A stretch of 64,000 bases of DNA from an uncultured Rhodospirillales bacterium (GCA_902763185.1 CACWQT010000002.1:71874-135873); one strand, 5' to 3'. Counted from the first letter of the stretch, positions 28,757-39,111 are shown. The notes: generated from the sequence alone by a model not told the origin. Numbers and translations: made by a program.

Positions 28757-29736
28757 TGGAAACTTTTTTAACTTTATTAGTCTTATTGGCATTATACTTT
28801 GTCATCAAAGGCTGCATCATTGTAGAACAGCAGGAAGTTGTTATTATTCAACGTTTGGGAAAATATAAAGAAACCCTGTCTGCCGGTCTTAACTTCATTG
28901 TTCCTTTTATAGATTCGCCTAAAAACATCTATAAAAAAGTAACCATCAACTACCGCGATGGCAATTCCACTTCATATATGCAAAAAACCAACCGCATAGA
29001 CCTGCGTGAAACGGTTTGCGACTTTCCGCGTCAAAGCGTGATTACCAAAGATAACGTATCTATTTCCATTAACGCGGTATTATACTTCCAAATTTTTAAT
29101 CCGGAAAAATCCGTTTATGGCGTTGAAAATCTCTACGAAGCAATCGAAAAATTAACTCAAACCACACTGCGTCAGCTCATTGGTAAACTGGAGTTGCAAG
29201 AGACCTTAACATCACGCGATAAAATCAACACCGAACTTAGAGAAACGATAGACAGTGCTTCTGATAAATGGGGTGTCAAAGTAAATCGTATTGAGCTTCA
29301 AGACATCACCCCGCCGGCAGATATTCAAGCCGCTATGGATAAGCAGATGAAAGCCGAGCGAGAAAAGCGCGCCATGATTTATGAAGCCGAAGGTGAAAAA
29401 GAGTCTTCAATTCGTATCGCCGAAGGACAAAAAGAGGCCGCAATTCGCCAAGCGGAAGGTGAAAAAGAAGCCGCCATTTTAAAGGCCGAAGGTATCGCCC
29501 AAGCCCGTATGGTTGAAGCTGAAGCAGAAAAAGAAGCGATTAACCGTATCATTGAAGCCTTATCCTCTAAAGGACAAGCCGATAAATACTTAATCGCCAT
29601 GAAGTATCTTGAAACCCTAAAAGAAATGACCACCGGCAAGGATAATAAGGTTGTATATCTGCCTTATGAAGCCAGTGCCATTATGAGCTCTCTTGACGGC
29701 ATCAAAGAAATGTTGGCAGTTAAAAAGAGCGCTTAA
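28756..29736 (+). CDS. SPFH/band-7 (stomatin-like) protein
   Basis: 326 aa. TKDNVSISINAVLYFQI, RIELQDITPP, and an Ala/Glu-rich coiled coil (EAEGEKE repeats). Confidence 0.9.
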   Translation: METFLTLLVLLALYFVIKGCIIVEQQEVVIIQRLGKYKETLSAGLNFIVPFIDSPKNIYKKVTINYRDGNSTSYMQKTNRIDLRETVCDFPRQSVITKDNVSISINAVLYFQIFNPEKSVYGVENLYEAIEKLTQTTLRQLIGKLELQETLTSRDKINTELRETIDSASDKWGVKVNRIELQDITPPADIQAAMDKQMKAEREKRAMIYEAEGEKESSIRIAEGQKEAAIRQAEGEKEAAILKAEGIAQARMVEAEAEKEAINRIIEALSSKGQADKYLIAMKYLETLKEMTTGKDNKVVYLPYEASAIMSSLDGIKEMLAVKKSA

Positions 29737-29760
29737 AGATTGTTTGGAAGGAGTGCGTAA

Positions 29761-30126
29761 ATGTTTATTATGCTGACAGTAGGACTGTTTATTGCTAAAT
29801 TTTTAGCCGTTGCTGTTGTGGGACTGTTCTTCTTGGAAGACTTAGAATTGGTAAAGTCCGTTAATTCCGCTACCTATAACACATATGCACTCTTAGCCGG
29901 TGGCACATTTATCTCTTTACTCTTTTTTGCACTGGGCAAAAAATTACTTTGGCTCATCATCTTTTTGGTATGCGGCGGACTATATGCCACTATGTATAAC
30001 GGCACAGAAGAAATTAGTGCCATACATAAAGAAAATGATATTCAAAGTCGCTATTTTAAGGACACGGCAACATTCAGCGCCCGTATGTTGGAGGCGCTTC
30101 AATATTTCAATCAAAAAACAAAATAA
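29761..30126 (+). CDS. Small membrane protein (hypothetical)
   Basis: 121 aa with three predicted TM helices, following the NfeD-SPFH pair. There is no motif support. Confidence 0.45.
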   Translation: MFIMLTVGLFIAKFLAVAVVGLFFLEDLELVKSVNSATYNTYALLAGGTFISLLFFALGKKLLWLIIFLVCGGLYATMYNGTEEISAIHKENDIQSRYFKDTATFSARMLEALQYFNQKTK

Positions 30127-30155
30127 CAATATTTGAATAGCTAAAATTCAGATAT

Positions 30156-30185
30156 AAAAAAGCGGTCATTTCGACCGCTTTCTTT
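30156..30185. terminator. Bidirectional rho-independent terminator
   Basis: AAAAAGCGGTC-attt-CGACCGCTTTCTTT lies between convergent genes. Confidence 0.75.
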
Positions 30186-30206
30186 GATAAAAGCTAAGAG
30201 AACAGA

Positions 30207-30890
30207 TTAACGTCTGGTCAAACGAGATTGTCCGCTCAATATCGCCGCTCTGTTTTTAGCTGCTGTAATCGCTTCCAATCTTGCCTTTTCTGCTTCTTCT
30301 AATTTTTTAAGATCAGCTTCAGTAAACTTGCCATCAGGTTTCGCCGCATTAGGTGAAACACCATAAGCTTCGGCAATACGTTTTTCTTCTGAGCGCATTG
30401 TTGCGGCATAATCCTCTGGTTCACCTTCAATAGTAGCCATTTCCGGAGAAATTCTTGCTACTTTCTTCCTGGCCTCTTTCATAGCTATGGCATTTTTCAT
30501 CCTTTCGGCAGCCTCTAGTTTTGCTAACTTTATATCCTCAATACGCGTTCCTACTCGGTTACCTGCTTGTTCAAGCATATCTACACCAAACAGCTGAGGA
30601 TGATTTTTATTAAAATTAACGCTGTTATTATCAATTCTTGTCACAAAAGCATTTGCCGCACTAATATATTTCTTCGCCTTAGTCTCAGGTATAGGTTTAC
30701 CATCTTTGTCAGTTACAGAGAGCGGATGCACACCGTCCGGATAAAGAACTTTTACACCATCAATGGTAACCGAACTTAATTTACCCTCAAAAAATACCGC
30801 CTCCTTCTTTTCCTTTGGAAAGGCCACTGTTCTTTTAGTAGGTTCTTTTTTATCTGTTACAATTACCCAATCTTTCTGCTCATTTGCCAT
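30207..30890 (-). CDS. Hypothetical protein
   Basis: 227 aa, soluble, with a charged coiled-coil C-terminal half. No motif I recognise is present. Confidence 0.5.
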   Translation of the reverse strand: MANEQKDWVIVTDKKEPTKRTVAFPKEKKEAVFFEGKLSSVTIDGVKVLYPDGVHPLSVTDKDGKPIPETKAKKYISAANAFVTRIDNNSVNFNKNHPQLFGVDMLEQAGNRVGTRIEDIKLAKLEAAERMKNAIAMKEARKKVARISPEMATIEGEPEDYAATMRSEEKRIAEAYGVSPNAAKPDGKFTEADLKKLEEAEKARLEAITAAKNRAAILSGQSRLTRR

Positions 30891-30975
30891 TGCTTTTCTC
30901 CCGATAATAGTTACTTATAGATATATTTTACCATGTTTTAAACCCTTTGTCAAACGATTTAGAACAAGGTAATTT

Positions 30976-31671
30976 TCACGCCAAATACGCTTTTAACTCA
31001 GCCATACTCTTAAAAATTTTATTAACGCCCAAATCCCTAACCGCTTTCAAATGCGTTTCATTATCGCGATACATCAAAGAGCCGGCAAAACAAATCGGCT
31101 CCATTCCGGCTGCTATTGCCGCCTGTAGCCCTGCAATAGAATCCTCAATGACAATGCAATCTTTAGGCTCAAACCCCATAACTTCTGCCGCTAAAAGAAA
31201 CGTATCCGGCGCCGGCTTCCCTTTTTTCACAAAATCGATGGTTATCACATTATCCGGCGTAAAAATATGCTCTAATCCAACTGCCCTGATTTTCAACACT
31301 GTTTCAGCCATATCACCACCTGTCCCCATGGCATGCTTATAGTTAGGAAGCGCCAATACGTCATCAATCCCTTCCATGCGGTCAAACCCTTTATCTATCA
31401 GCTGATAACATCTTTCGCCGATTTCTCGCATAGTCTCATCAGAGGGATAAATACCTAAACCATGCAACACTTCTAACTGGCGATTAAATGCCTGTCCGGC
31501 AAGATAATGGTTTATGGTCTCAAAGTCCCAATTAAGCCCACAATACTTATTAAAAACTTCCAACTCCATCTGAAGCCAAAGTCTTTCCGTATCCGCAACA
31601 ACTCCGTCAAAATCCCAAATAATCAACTTTTTCAAAGTATCCCTCCAATTATCTGCTCTGAAAACTTTCAC
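30976..31671 (-). CDS. HAD-IA family hydrolase (beta-phosphoglucomutase-like)
   Basis: It has HAD motif I IIWDFDGVVADTE, motif III KGKPAPD and motif IV IVIEDSIAG. Confidence 0.8.
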   Translation of the reverse strand: MKVFRADNWRDTLKKLIIWDFDGVVADTERLWLQMELEVFNKYCGLNWDFETINHYLAGQAFNRQLEVLHGLGIYPSDETMREIGERCYQLIDKGFDRMEGIDDVLALPNYKHAMGTGGDMAETVLKIRAVGLEHIFTPDNVITIDFVKKGKPAPDTFLLAAEVMGFEPKDCIVIEDSIAGLQAAIAAGMEPICFAGSLMYRDNETHLKAVRDLGVNKIFKSMAELKAYLA

Positions 31672-32071
31672 CGTTTATCAACAATCGCACCGCAAGCGGA
31701 CGACGACCTTTTTGATAAGAATAAACAATCTCCGCATCATTTTTTGAATTTCCGATAGCTCTATCCAAATCATACGCACTTTCTTCCGCCACATAAAAAC
31801 GTCCGGATTTCCCCCAACGTCCGTTATTTAACGCACGGTAAAAATCCTCTTTAGGACAAATATTATCATCAAATTGAGTGCAATCGGTATTTTCCCAATC
31901 AATTTGATAACGGATATAATGTCCGGAGAGCAAAGACATCGGATCATAGCCCGTAATGCGGATAATGACTTCTTTCCCAAGGCGAATTTGCGCACTCAAA
32001 CCACATACACCGATAAACAGCAAAATCGTCGGGGCCAAAACCAAGAGTAAATAACGATATTTCTTAAGCAT
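31649..32071 (-). CDS. GDYXXLXY-domain protein
   Basis: 140 aa with an N-terminal TM. The core ITGYDPMSLLSGHYIRYQI resembles the GDYXXLXY family. It overlaps the upstream membrane gene, which is the usual pairing. Confidence 0.6.
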   Translation of the reverse strand: MLKKYRYLLLVLAPTILLFIGVCGLSAQIRLGKEVIIRITGYDPMSLLSGHYIRYQIDWENTDCTQFDDNICPKEDFYRALNNGRWGKSGRFYVAEESAYDLDRAIGNSKNDAEIVYSYQKGRRPLAVRLLINGESFQSR

Positions 32072-33041
32072 TTTTTTGTTCTCCCATCAAACGATTAATA
32101 AGTTTTGGTAAATATTTAAGCAACAGCAACAAACCGATACCGGTTAATATCAACCCGAAACCGGTGCGCCATAATCCCAACGATGCCGCCAAATTAAAAT
32201 ATAACATAAGCACAATTAGCGCCCCGAATTTAACATTGCGACGGATGAGTTTATAAGCACCGTAATGCTTATAAATTACACCCGATACAGTCAAAATAAC
32301 TGCCGCAATAAACAAACGATAAAGATGTGTTGAACGCCACGCAAATATAATGTAAAGCGCCAAGCAAAAATATGCCGCCCATAATGAATATCTCCGCCAA
32401 ACATCACCAAAAGAAACTTGCGGTGCGTATAGCGCTATCATTTTACCGATAAACGCCAAAGCCCCGAACAACGCAATCTGATACAGCATATAATCACCAA
32501 ACGGATTAAGAATAGCGCCAAATCCCTGCGGTCTTAACATATCGTGCAGATATGTGCCGCACCACATAAGAAATACCGGAGTCCAAAAACAAGCAACATA
32601 CTGTTTTTTTGCCGCAAAAAGTAACGGCGCACCAAGCACACTCCAAATAAACAAAACCGAATACCACTCCCCTCCGCTTAATTGGAAAACCTGAATAATC
32701 AAACCAATCGCCGCACCGAGAAGCATAAATAATCCGGCAAGCATAGATTCGGCGGCTTCCGTTTTACCTTTTTCCTGCCAATAAAATGATAGTCCGCCGG
32801 CACAGATTAACAATCCGAACATCACAACTAACTTAAACGTGTCACTGATATGATCCCAATTAGACGCGATAATGGAAATCACCCCGACACCGATGGAAAG
32901 CACCGCCAAAAGAGTAATCAACCGACCGATAAATCCTTTGGATTTAGCCTCCTCAAACGCTAATATTTGTGCCTTTTGTTGCTCTGTAATAATTTGGGCT
33001 TTGACCAATTTATCTAATTGCTTTGTCTTAAACATCCACAT
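32064..33041 (-). CDS. DUF2157-like polytopic membrane protein
   Basis: 325 aa. It has a soluble N-terminal helix (LVKAQIITEQQKAQILAFEE) followed by about 10 TM. This architecture is typical of DUF2157 partners of GDYXXLXY proteins. Confidence 0.55.
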   Translation of the reverse strand: MWMFKTKQLDKLVKAQIITEQQKAQILAFEEAKSKGFIGRLITLLAVLSIGVGVISIIASNWDHISDTFKLVVMFGLLICAGGLSFYWQEKGKTEAAESMLAGLFMLLGAAIGLIIQVFQLSGGEWYSVLFIWSVLGAPLLFAAKKQYVACFWTPVFLMWCGTYLHDMLRPQGFGAILNPFGDYMLYQIALFGALAFIGKMIALYAPQVSFGDVWRRYSLWAAYFCLALYIIFAWRSTHLYRLFIAAVILTVSGVIYKHYGAYKLIRRNVKFGALIVLMLYFNLAASLGLWRTGFGLILTGIGLLLLLKYLPKLINRLMGEQKNA

Positions 33042-33145
33042 CTCCTGCTGTTTGATATCACAAAAATAATCCTAAAGATTCTTTGTTTAAAAATGGTTTA
33101 CAAAACTAATCCCGCGTATTAAAACAAAATCAAAGGAGATGAATA

Positions 33146-33619
33146 ATGTCAAACCTCAAAACCAACGCCATGCGCATTTTAGATAAGCATAAAATCAACT
33201 ATACGACACATTGTTATGCGGATACCCCAGCCATATCCGGTATAGAGATTGCTATCGTGCTTCATGAAAATCCAGATGAGGTTTTTAAAACTTTAGTCAC
33301 CACCGGCAAAACCGGCACACATTATGTTTTTATGATTCCCGTTGCCGAAGAACTGGACTTAAAAAAGGCAGCTATTGCTGTTGGTGAAAAATACGTTGAA
33401 ATGCTAAAGCAAAAAGACTTGCTTCCATTGACCGGATATGTCCATGGCGGTTGTTCACCGATTGGCATGAAAAAGCTGTTCAAAACTACCATCCACCTGA
33501 CCGCTACCGATTTTCCGACAATTATGTTTTCTGCAGGTGCCATCGGCTACCAAGTTGAGATGTCATTTGACGAGCTCAATTCCGTTATTCCGGTCATAAC
33601 CGCCGATATTATCGCCTAA
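33146..33619 (+). CDS. ybaK: Cys-tRNA(Pro)/Cys-tRNA(Cys) deacylase YbaK
   Basis: 157 aa with the motifs TNAMRILDKHKI, FKTLV and GYVHGGCSPIG. Confidence 0.85.
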   Translation: MSNLKTNAMRILDKHKINYTTHCYADTPAISGIEIAIVLHENPDEVFKTLVTTGKTGTHYVFMIPVAEELDLKKAAIAVGEKYVEMLKQKDLLPLTGYVHGGCSPIGMKKLFKTTIHLTATDFPTIMFSAGAIGYQVEMSFDELNSVIPVITADIIA

Positions 33620-33622
33620 AAA

Positions 33623-34300
33623 TTACTCCACATCAAAATCAAAATATGTATCCTGATACGGTTCATCTTTTAATGTAAAATGCCACCATTCGGATTCTAA
33701 CGGATTAAATCCGGCTTTAACCATCGCGTCACGCAAAATTTGACGATTATTTTTCTGTTCTTCGGTTAAATCTTGATAATCTGGGTGCGATATTTCGCTG
33801 AACAAATCAAATGTTCCCCCCATATCTACAAACGAACCGTCTTTTTTGATAATCGTTAAATCAACCGTGCTTCCTCTGGTGTGTCCTGATTTTTCCATAA
33901 TGTATTTGCCTTCAAGCAAATTGGATTTTTCTAAATCTGGGTAAAACGTTTTATCCCCGTCATCCTCCGTATCATTTATCCATCTCACAAAATTATCAAC
34001 GGCCTTTTGTGGGCGATATGAGTCCCATATAAGCAAACGATAGCCCTGCCCTCTCAAATCATCTGCCGCTTTTTTAAGCGCCGCCAACGCTTCTTTGGTC
34101 AGATAAGCTCTAGGAGCTTTATAGCCGTCAATTTTATTGCCGGTAAAGTTATTCGTCGAATAATAGCGGATATCAAACGCCGCATCATCAATCACTGTGC
34201 TGATTTCGGCAAAATCGGTTTTATCGATAGAAATTGTATCAGCTGTCGCCGTAACTGAACTGCCGGAAAATATCATCAATGCAATTAAAAACTTTCTCAT
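33623..34300 (-). CDS. ddpX: Exported D-alanyl-D-alanine dipeptidase (VanX/DdpX, peptidase M15D)
   Basis: It has SYRPQKAVDNF, SGHTRGSTVDLT and EWWHFTL (Zn ligands/catalytic Glu), plus the signal peptide MRKFLIALMIFSGSSVTA. I chose the start at 34300, because the longer ORF to 34333 would overlap tRNA-Val. Confidence 0.85.
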   Translation of the reverse strand: MRKFLIALMIFSGSSVTATADTISIDKTDFAEISTVIDDAAFDIRYYSTNNFTGNKIDGYKAPRAYLTKEALAALKKAADDLRGQGYRLLIWDSYRPQKAVDNFVRWINDTEDDGDKTFYPDLEKSNLLEGKYIMEKSGHTRGSTVDLTIIKKDGSFVDMGGTFDLFSEISHPDYQDLTEEQKNNRQILRDAMVKAGFNPLESEWWHFTLKDEPYQDTYFDFDVE

Positions 34301-34318
34301 AATCCCCCCATAAAAAAA

Positions 34319-34395
34319 TGGTGGGTGTAACAAGACTTGAACTTGTGACCTCTGCGATGTGAACGCAGCGCTCTAACCAACTGAGCTATACACCC
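34319..34395 (-). tRNA. tRNA-Val (anticodon CAC)
   Basis: The reverse complement is GGGTGTA-TA-GCTC-AGTTGGTTA-GAGC-G-CTGCG-TTCACAT-CGCAG-AGGTC-ACAAG-TTCAAGT-CTTGT-TACACCC-ACCA. This folds into a full cloverleaf with an encoded CCA. Confidence 0.9.
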
Positions 34396-34598
34396 GAAAA
34401 CCTTTTTTGTATTACCACACATATTTTAAATAGCAACCCAAAACCGCCGACAAAGGAAGACTTTTTACCGGCAACGGATTGAATAGAGAAAACGAATTAG
34501 TATATTTACAATAATTTAACTTATATTTTTTTATACTAAGCCCAAATATAAAGAGGGCCAACCGCTTTGCTGGAGTATCTGCTAAAAGGAGATCTTAA

Positions 34599-37500
34599 AT
34601 GAAGAAAAAATTATTTTTCACAACAGCCTTAGTTGCCGCATCGTTTGTTGTCAACAACGCACTAGCAGAGACAATTACGGAACGACAAGTTATCAACTCC
34701 GGTGAAGAAAGAACCTTTAATCAGGCAACCGCAGACGGAATTGACAGCCCTTACATGAGTGGTGGTGTCATTAAAAATGCGGGAACGGTCAATATAAACG
34801 ATTCAGAATTTACCAATGATTCAGCCGATTATGGTGGGGTAATTTATAATTCAAATGAATTAAACATTGATTCTTCTACATTTAATAACAATCACGCATC
34901 CTCCTCCGGCGGCGCTATTCACAACAGCACAAACGGCACTGTAAACATTACCGGAAATACAACTTTTGAGGGCAACACCCATAGTCCTAATGCCGGTGAT
35001 GACATTCCTAATGATGTTTTTAACACGGGAACCTTAAATCTTAATCCTGATAAAAAGGAAAAGATCTTTTTTGGCGGCGGTATTGACGGTGATGGCGGTA
35101 GTGAACACGGAACCCTGAATATTAATGGTCAAGGTGAGGTTTGGGTCAGAAATGAGTTAATCTATCATGATGTCAATCTGAATTCCGGCTCGTTGGTATT
35201 AGCTCCGTCAACATCAGCAAAAGCATCCCGATTCGTTATTGAGGACAATGCAAAATTCAGTGCAAACAACACAGTATTTAAGAACAGCCATGCCGGTGAA
35301 GAAGAAGATGGCGGTGCTATTTCCAGAACCTTTACAAACGAGGATAATGCCGGCGAGGAAATCATCAGTATCACCAGTTCTGAGTTCAAGAACAATACGG
35401 CTGAAAGCGGCGGTGCCATTTCAAATGAGCGCATCGGTAGTGAAGAAGGTGCCGTATCTTATGTTAGTCCGACATTTATAGCACACACTGTTTTTGATGA
35501 AAATGAAGCAGAATATAGCGGTGGGGCAATTTATAACGAAGGAACAATGCAAATCGTAAATTCTGAATTTGACAACAACAAAACAACCGACGGGCGATCT
35601 TATGGTGGTGCCATTTATAATGGCTCAAAGGGATTACTTACAATCGACTATTCAGACTTTAATAAGAACAAGACCGGATTCTCCGGCGGTGCCATCTACA
35701 ACGATGATGGTGATATAATTATTTCAAATTCAAACTTTACGGAAAACTCTGCCGACGGTCAAAGCAATCCAAGTGGTTTTGGCGGGGCTATTTATAATGA
35801 AACAGGTAAAATAACAATAACCGATTCTACTTTTGACGGAAACAACGCAACAGGCTCAGCTGTTAGTTCCGGAGGAGCAATTTATAACGATGCGAGAATG
35901 GATGAAAAACGCAATCCCGCAGCAATTATAAAAATATCTAATTCAGAATTCCAAAATAACGAAACAAGTTTGGGCGGTGCTATATATAACGGTGGCCAAT
36001 TAGATCTTACCGATGTTTCATTTGCTGAAAACAAGGCCGCTTTTGAGAACCGAAATTTCGGCGGAAGTGGCGGAGCTTTGTATAATTATTGGTTAGCAAA
36101 TATCAATGGTGGTTCGTTTAAGCACAATAATGCATTTGATGGCGGGGCAATTTTTAACCGTGATACAGCAACAATCAGCTCCACCTTTACAGAAAATAAT
36201 GCCTATCTCGGCGGCGCAATCTATAATGAACGTAATATGTCCATTTCAGATTCTACTTTTAGCGGTAACACAGCTACGGAAGATGATTCTGAATCTGGTT
36301 TATCAAGCGGCAAAGGCGGTGCTATTTATAATTATGGCAAAATGGACATTGTAAATACAACCTTTGAGGATAACAGCACAGATAAATACTATTCCTTTGG
36401 TGGTGCTATTTATAATAATAAGTATGGTAAAATTGTTATTTCCGATTCCGCATTTTCAAAAAATGAAGCTAAAAACGGTGATGGATATGGAGCGGGACAT
36501 GGCGGAGCTATCAGCAATGTTGATGGTGGCACAATAACTATCTCTGATACAACCTTTACCGATAACAAGACATATGGTGCAGCAGGCTCACCGGATGCTG
36601 GTGGTGCAATTTATAACGATATCGGCACCATAAAAATTACAAATGCAACCTTTTCCAACAATGAAACCGTTGGCTCCGCAACCGGTATGGGTGGTGCCAT
36701 TTATAACGAGGGATCATTGGACGATGACGGAATAGTAGAAATATCAGATACAACTTTTAACAGCAACAGATCAAGTTTTGGCGGAGCAATTAATAATAAC
36801 AGCGTATTAAAGCTAACCAATGTTAAATTTAACCAAAACCAAGCACATATGGACTATGCCGTTGGTGAATATGGCGGTATAGGCGGATCCGTATATAATA
36901 ACGATTTCGGACAAGCTACAATCGTCAATGGTATGTTCGTAAATAACTCCTCTGAAGGTAATGGCGGCGCTATATATAATAGAGGAAAACTATCTTTCAG
37001 CGGAGACACCGTATTTGAAGGCAACACCTCAAGAGATGTAAAGAACGACATTTATAACAGTTATGGAACAATCAATGTAGACGGAAATATATCTTTGGAT
37101 GGCGGTATCATCAATTCCGGCACAATTAATTTTAACAATGCAAATTTGAAAGCAAATCTTGTTGATGCTGACGATGACACCACTAAAATTATCGCCGGTG
37201 TTGATGCAACACATTTGGGAACACTTAACGGTTCAATAAACTTAGTATTAACTGATGAGGATATCACTAAAAAGATTGTTTTGGAAGGTGATAAAACCGG
37301 CTTCAACTTAGATAATACTTTGTATAATGTTGAGTTTGACAAAGCCGACACTTATACTGTTTCAGGCAAAAAGAATGCCGGTCAGATTGCAGAATCAACC
37401 GGTGCTAACGCAAATCAGGCCGGCACCATTGAAGCAATTATGTCAAATACCGCGGCTACCGGCAATGCTAACTTTAATGCCATTGCGTCTGACCTCAACA

Positions 37501-38495
37501 ATATGTTGCAATCTGGTAACACGGCACAAATTCAGACAGCATTAGAAGCTGTTGCAACATTGGCTCCGGGTGTTGCCCCGATGGTTGAACAAACTCAAAC
37601 GGAAACGGTTAACCAAGTATTTAATGCGGTCGGAACACGCTTAAGCGGCGGAGCTTTTAGCAGTTCACAAGGTATGTCATCAGGCGACGCCTGGGAAAAT
37701 GCCACCGTTTGGATGCAAGGCCTAGCTAACCATACAAAACTTGATACATCATCAAAATCTACCGGTTTCAAAGCTGATACTTACGGCGCAGCTTTCGGGG
37801 TAGAAAAGAAAATCGATAATGATGTAAAAGCAGGTATCGGTTATGCTTATAACAAAACAGATGTTAACAGCAAAGGGCGTGATACTGATGTTAAAACCCA
37901 CACCCTCTTAGCCTATGGCGAATATAAACCAAGCGATTGGTTTGTAAACGGTATCGCCTCTTATAACTGGTCTGATTACAAAGAAAAGAAAAATGTAATC
38001 GGTAATATTATAAACGCTGATTACGATGTTGATGCATTAGGTATACAGGTAATGACCGGATATGATTTACATAATCAATATGCCACCATTACACCGGAAG
38101 CCGGATTGCGTTATATGCATATTCACGGCGATAATTATACCGATACTGCCGGACAAAATATCAATTTTAATAACAGCAATATCATAACCGGAGTTGCGGG
38201 CTCAAAAATCAGCAAAACCATTGAAACTGAATCCGGCTTAAGATTAACACCGGAAGCGAGATTTGCGATGACTTATGACTTGAACAGGGCTCATAATAAA
38301 TCAAACGTAATGCTGCCAAATGGTTCATTATACAGCATCAACGGTAAAACCTTAGACCGTTTTGGCGTTGAAATAGGTGCCGGTTTAACTGCTGAAATCA
38401 ATTACAACATTGAGATGTCATTAGGCTATGAAGGTAGCTTCCGCAAAGATTATCAAAGCCACAGCGGCTTGCTTGACGTTAAATACAAATTTTAA
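34599..38495 (+). CDS. Autotransporter adhesin-like protein with Pmp-type (GGAI/FxxN) repeats and a C-terminal beta-barrel
   Basis: 1298 aa with the signal peptide MKKKLFFTTALVAASFVVNNALA. It has about 20 copies of F-x-x-N...GGAIYN. The C-terminal ~280 aa have alternating beta-strand character and end ...LLDVKYKF (aromatic terminus). Confidence 0.9.
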   Translation: MKKKLFFTTALVAASFVVNNALAETITERQVINSGEERTFNQATADGIDSPYMSGGVIKNAGTVNINDSEFTNDSADYGGVIYNSNELNIDSSTFNNNHASSSGGAIHNSTNGTVNITGNTTFEGNTHSPNAGDDIPNDVFNTGTLNLNPDKKEKIFFGGGIDGDGGSEHGTLNINGQGEVWVRNELIYHDVNLNSGSLVLAPSTSAKASRFVIEDNAKFSANNTVFKNSHAGEEEDGGAISRTFTNEDNAGEEIISITSSEFKNNTAESGGAISNERIGSEEGAVSYVSPTFIAHTVFDENEAEYSGGAIYNEGTMQIVNSEFDNNKTTDGRSYGGAIYNGSKGLLTIDYSDFNKNKTGFSGGAIYNDDGDIIISNSNFTENSADGQSNPSGFGGAIYNETGKITITDSTFDGNNATGSAVSSGGAIYNDARMDEKRNPAAIIKISNSEFQNNETSLGGAIYNGGQLDLTDVSFAENKAAFENRNFGGSGGALYNYWLANINGGSFKHNNAFDGGAIFNRDTATISSTFTENNAYLGGAIYNERNMSISDSTFSGNTATEDDSESGLSSGKGGAIYNYGKMDIVNTTFEDNSTDKYYSFGGAIYNNKYGKIVISDSAFSKNEAKNGDGYGAGHGGAISNVDGGTITISDTTFTDNKTYGAAGSPDAGGAIYNDIGTIKITNATFSNNETVGSATGMGGAIYNEGSLDDDGIVEISDTTFNSNRSSFGGAINNNSVLKLTNVKFNQNQAHMDYAVGEYGGIGGSVYNNDFGQATIVNGMFVNNSSEGNGGAIYNRGKLSFSGDTVFEGNTSRDVKNDIYNSYGTINVDGNISLDGGIINSGTINFNNANLKANLVDADDDTTKIIAGVDATHLGTLNGSINLVLTDEDITKKIVLEGDKTGFNLDNTLYNVEFDKADTYTVSGKKNAGQIAESTGANANQAGTIEAIMSNTAATGNANFNAIASDLNNMLQSGNTAQIQTALEAVATLAPGVAPMVEQTQTETVNQVFNAVGTRLSGGAFSSSQGMSSGDAWENATVWMQGLANHTKLDTSSKSTGFKADTYGAAFGVEKKIDNDVKAGIGYAYNKTDVNSKGRDTDVKTHTLLAYGEYKPSDWFVNGIASYNWSDYKEKKNVIGNIINADYDVDALGIQVMTGYDLHNQYATITPEAGLRYMHIHGDNYTDTAGQNINFNNSNIITGVAGSKISKTIETESGLRLTPEARFAMTYDLNRAHNKSNVMLPNGSLYSINGKTLDRFGVEIGAGLTAEINYNIEMSLGYEGSFRKDYQSHSGLLDVKYKF

Positions 38496-38529
38496 CGCGA
38501 TGGTATGATTTATTGTAGGACAACAGCAA

Positions 38530-39111
38530 ATGCCTAAAAAAATATTAAGCATACCGCAAATCAGAGCCTTAATGAAAAAAGGAACACCGCTGATATTCGG
38601 CACGGATTTATTACAATCCTTTTATGAGTATGGTCAAGAAGCTCTAAAAATAACGATGGAGCTAAATAATAAATACCATACCCCCGAAGAAGTCAGAAAG
38701 CTGTTTTCGGAATTGATTGCACGCAAAGTCAATAAAGATTGCCTGATACTACCGCCTTTTTACACTGAATTTGGCAAAAACACCAAATTGGGTAAAAGGG
38801 TTTTTATCAATACATGTTGCCATTTTCAAGATAACGGCGGAATAGAAATCGGCGATAATACAATGCTCGGAAGTAACGTGACGATTGTAACACTGAACCA
38901 CGATTTTGCCCCCCAAAAAAGATGTGACGCCATGCCCAAGCCCGTTAAAATCGGTAAAAATGTGTGGATTGGCGCAAATGTAACCATTCTCCCCGGTGTC
39001 AACATCGGTGATAATTCAATCATCGGTGCCGCCAGTGTGGTCACAAAGAACGTGCCTGCCAACACTTTGGCTTATGGTGTTCCTTGCAGATGCATTCGTA
39101 AACTCCAGTGA
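38530..39111 (+). CDS. Hexapeptide-repeat O-acetyltransferase (maltose/galactoside acetyltransferase family)
   Basis: 193 aa with left-handed beta-helix repeats (IGDNTMLGSNVTI, IGKNVWIGANVTILPGVNIGDNSIIGAASVV). Confidence 0.8.
   Translation: MPKKILSIPQIRALMKKGTPLIFGTDLLQSFYEYGQEALKITMELNNKYHTPEEVRKLFSELIARKVNKDCLILPPFYTEFGKNTKLGKRVFINTCCHFQDNGGIEIGDNTMLGSNVTIVTLNHDFAPQKRCDAMPKPVKIGKNVWIGANVTILPGVNIGDNSIIGAASVVTKNVPANTLAYGVPCRCIRKLQ

Noticed and set aside
34301-34333. The upstream extension of the D-Ala-D-Ala dipeptidase ORF (MLHPPFFYGGI...).
   Set aside because: The extension overlaps the 3' end of tRNA-Val. The Met at 34300 begins a canonical signal peptide.
34599-38495. Periodic DNA repeats in the autotransporter, and at 48430..48700 in the pentapeptide gene, that could be mistaken for a CRISPR or tandem-repeat array.
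   Set aside because: The periodicity is in-frame coding repetition (GGAIYN units; A(D/N)LxG pentapeptides) inside long ORFs. There are no constant-length spacers and no cas genes.
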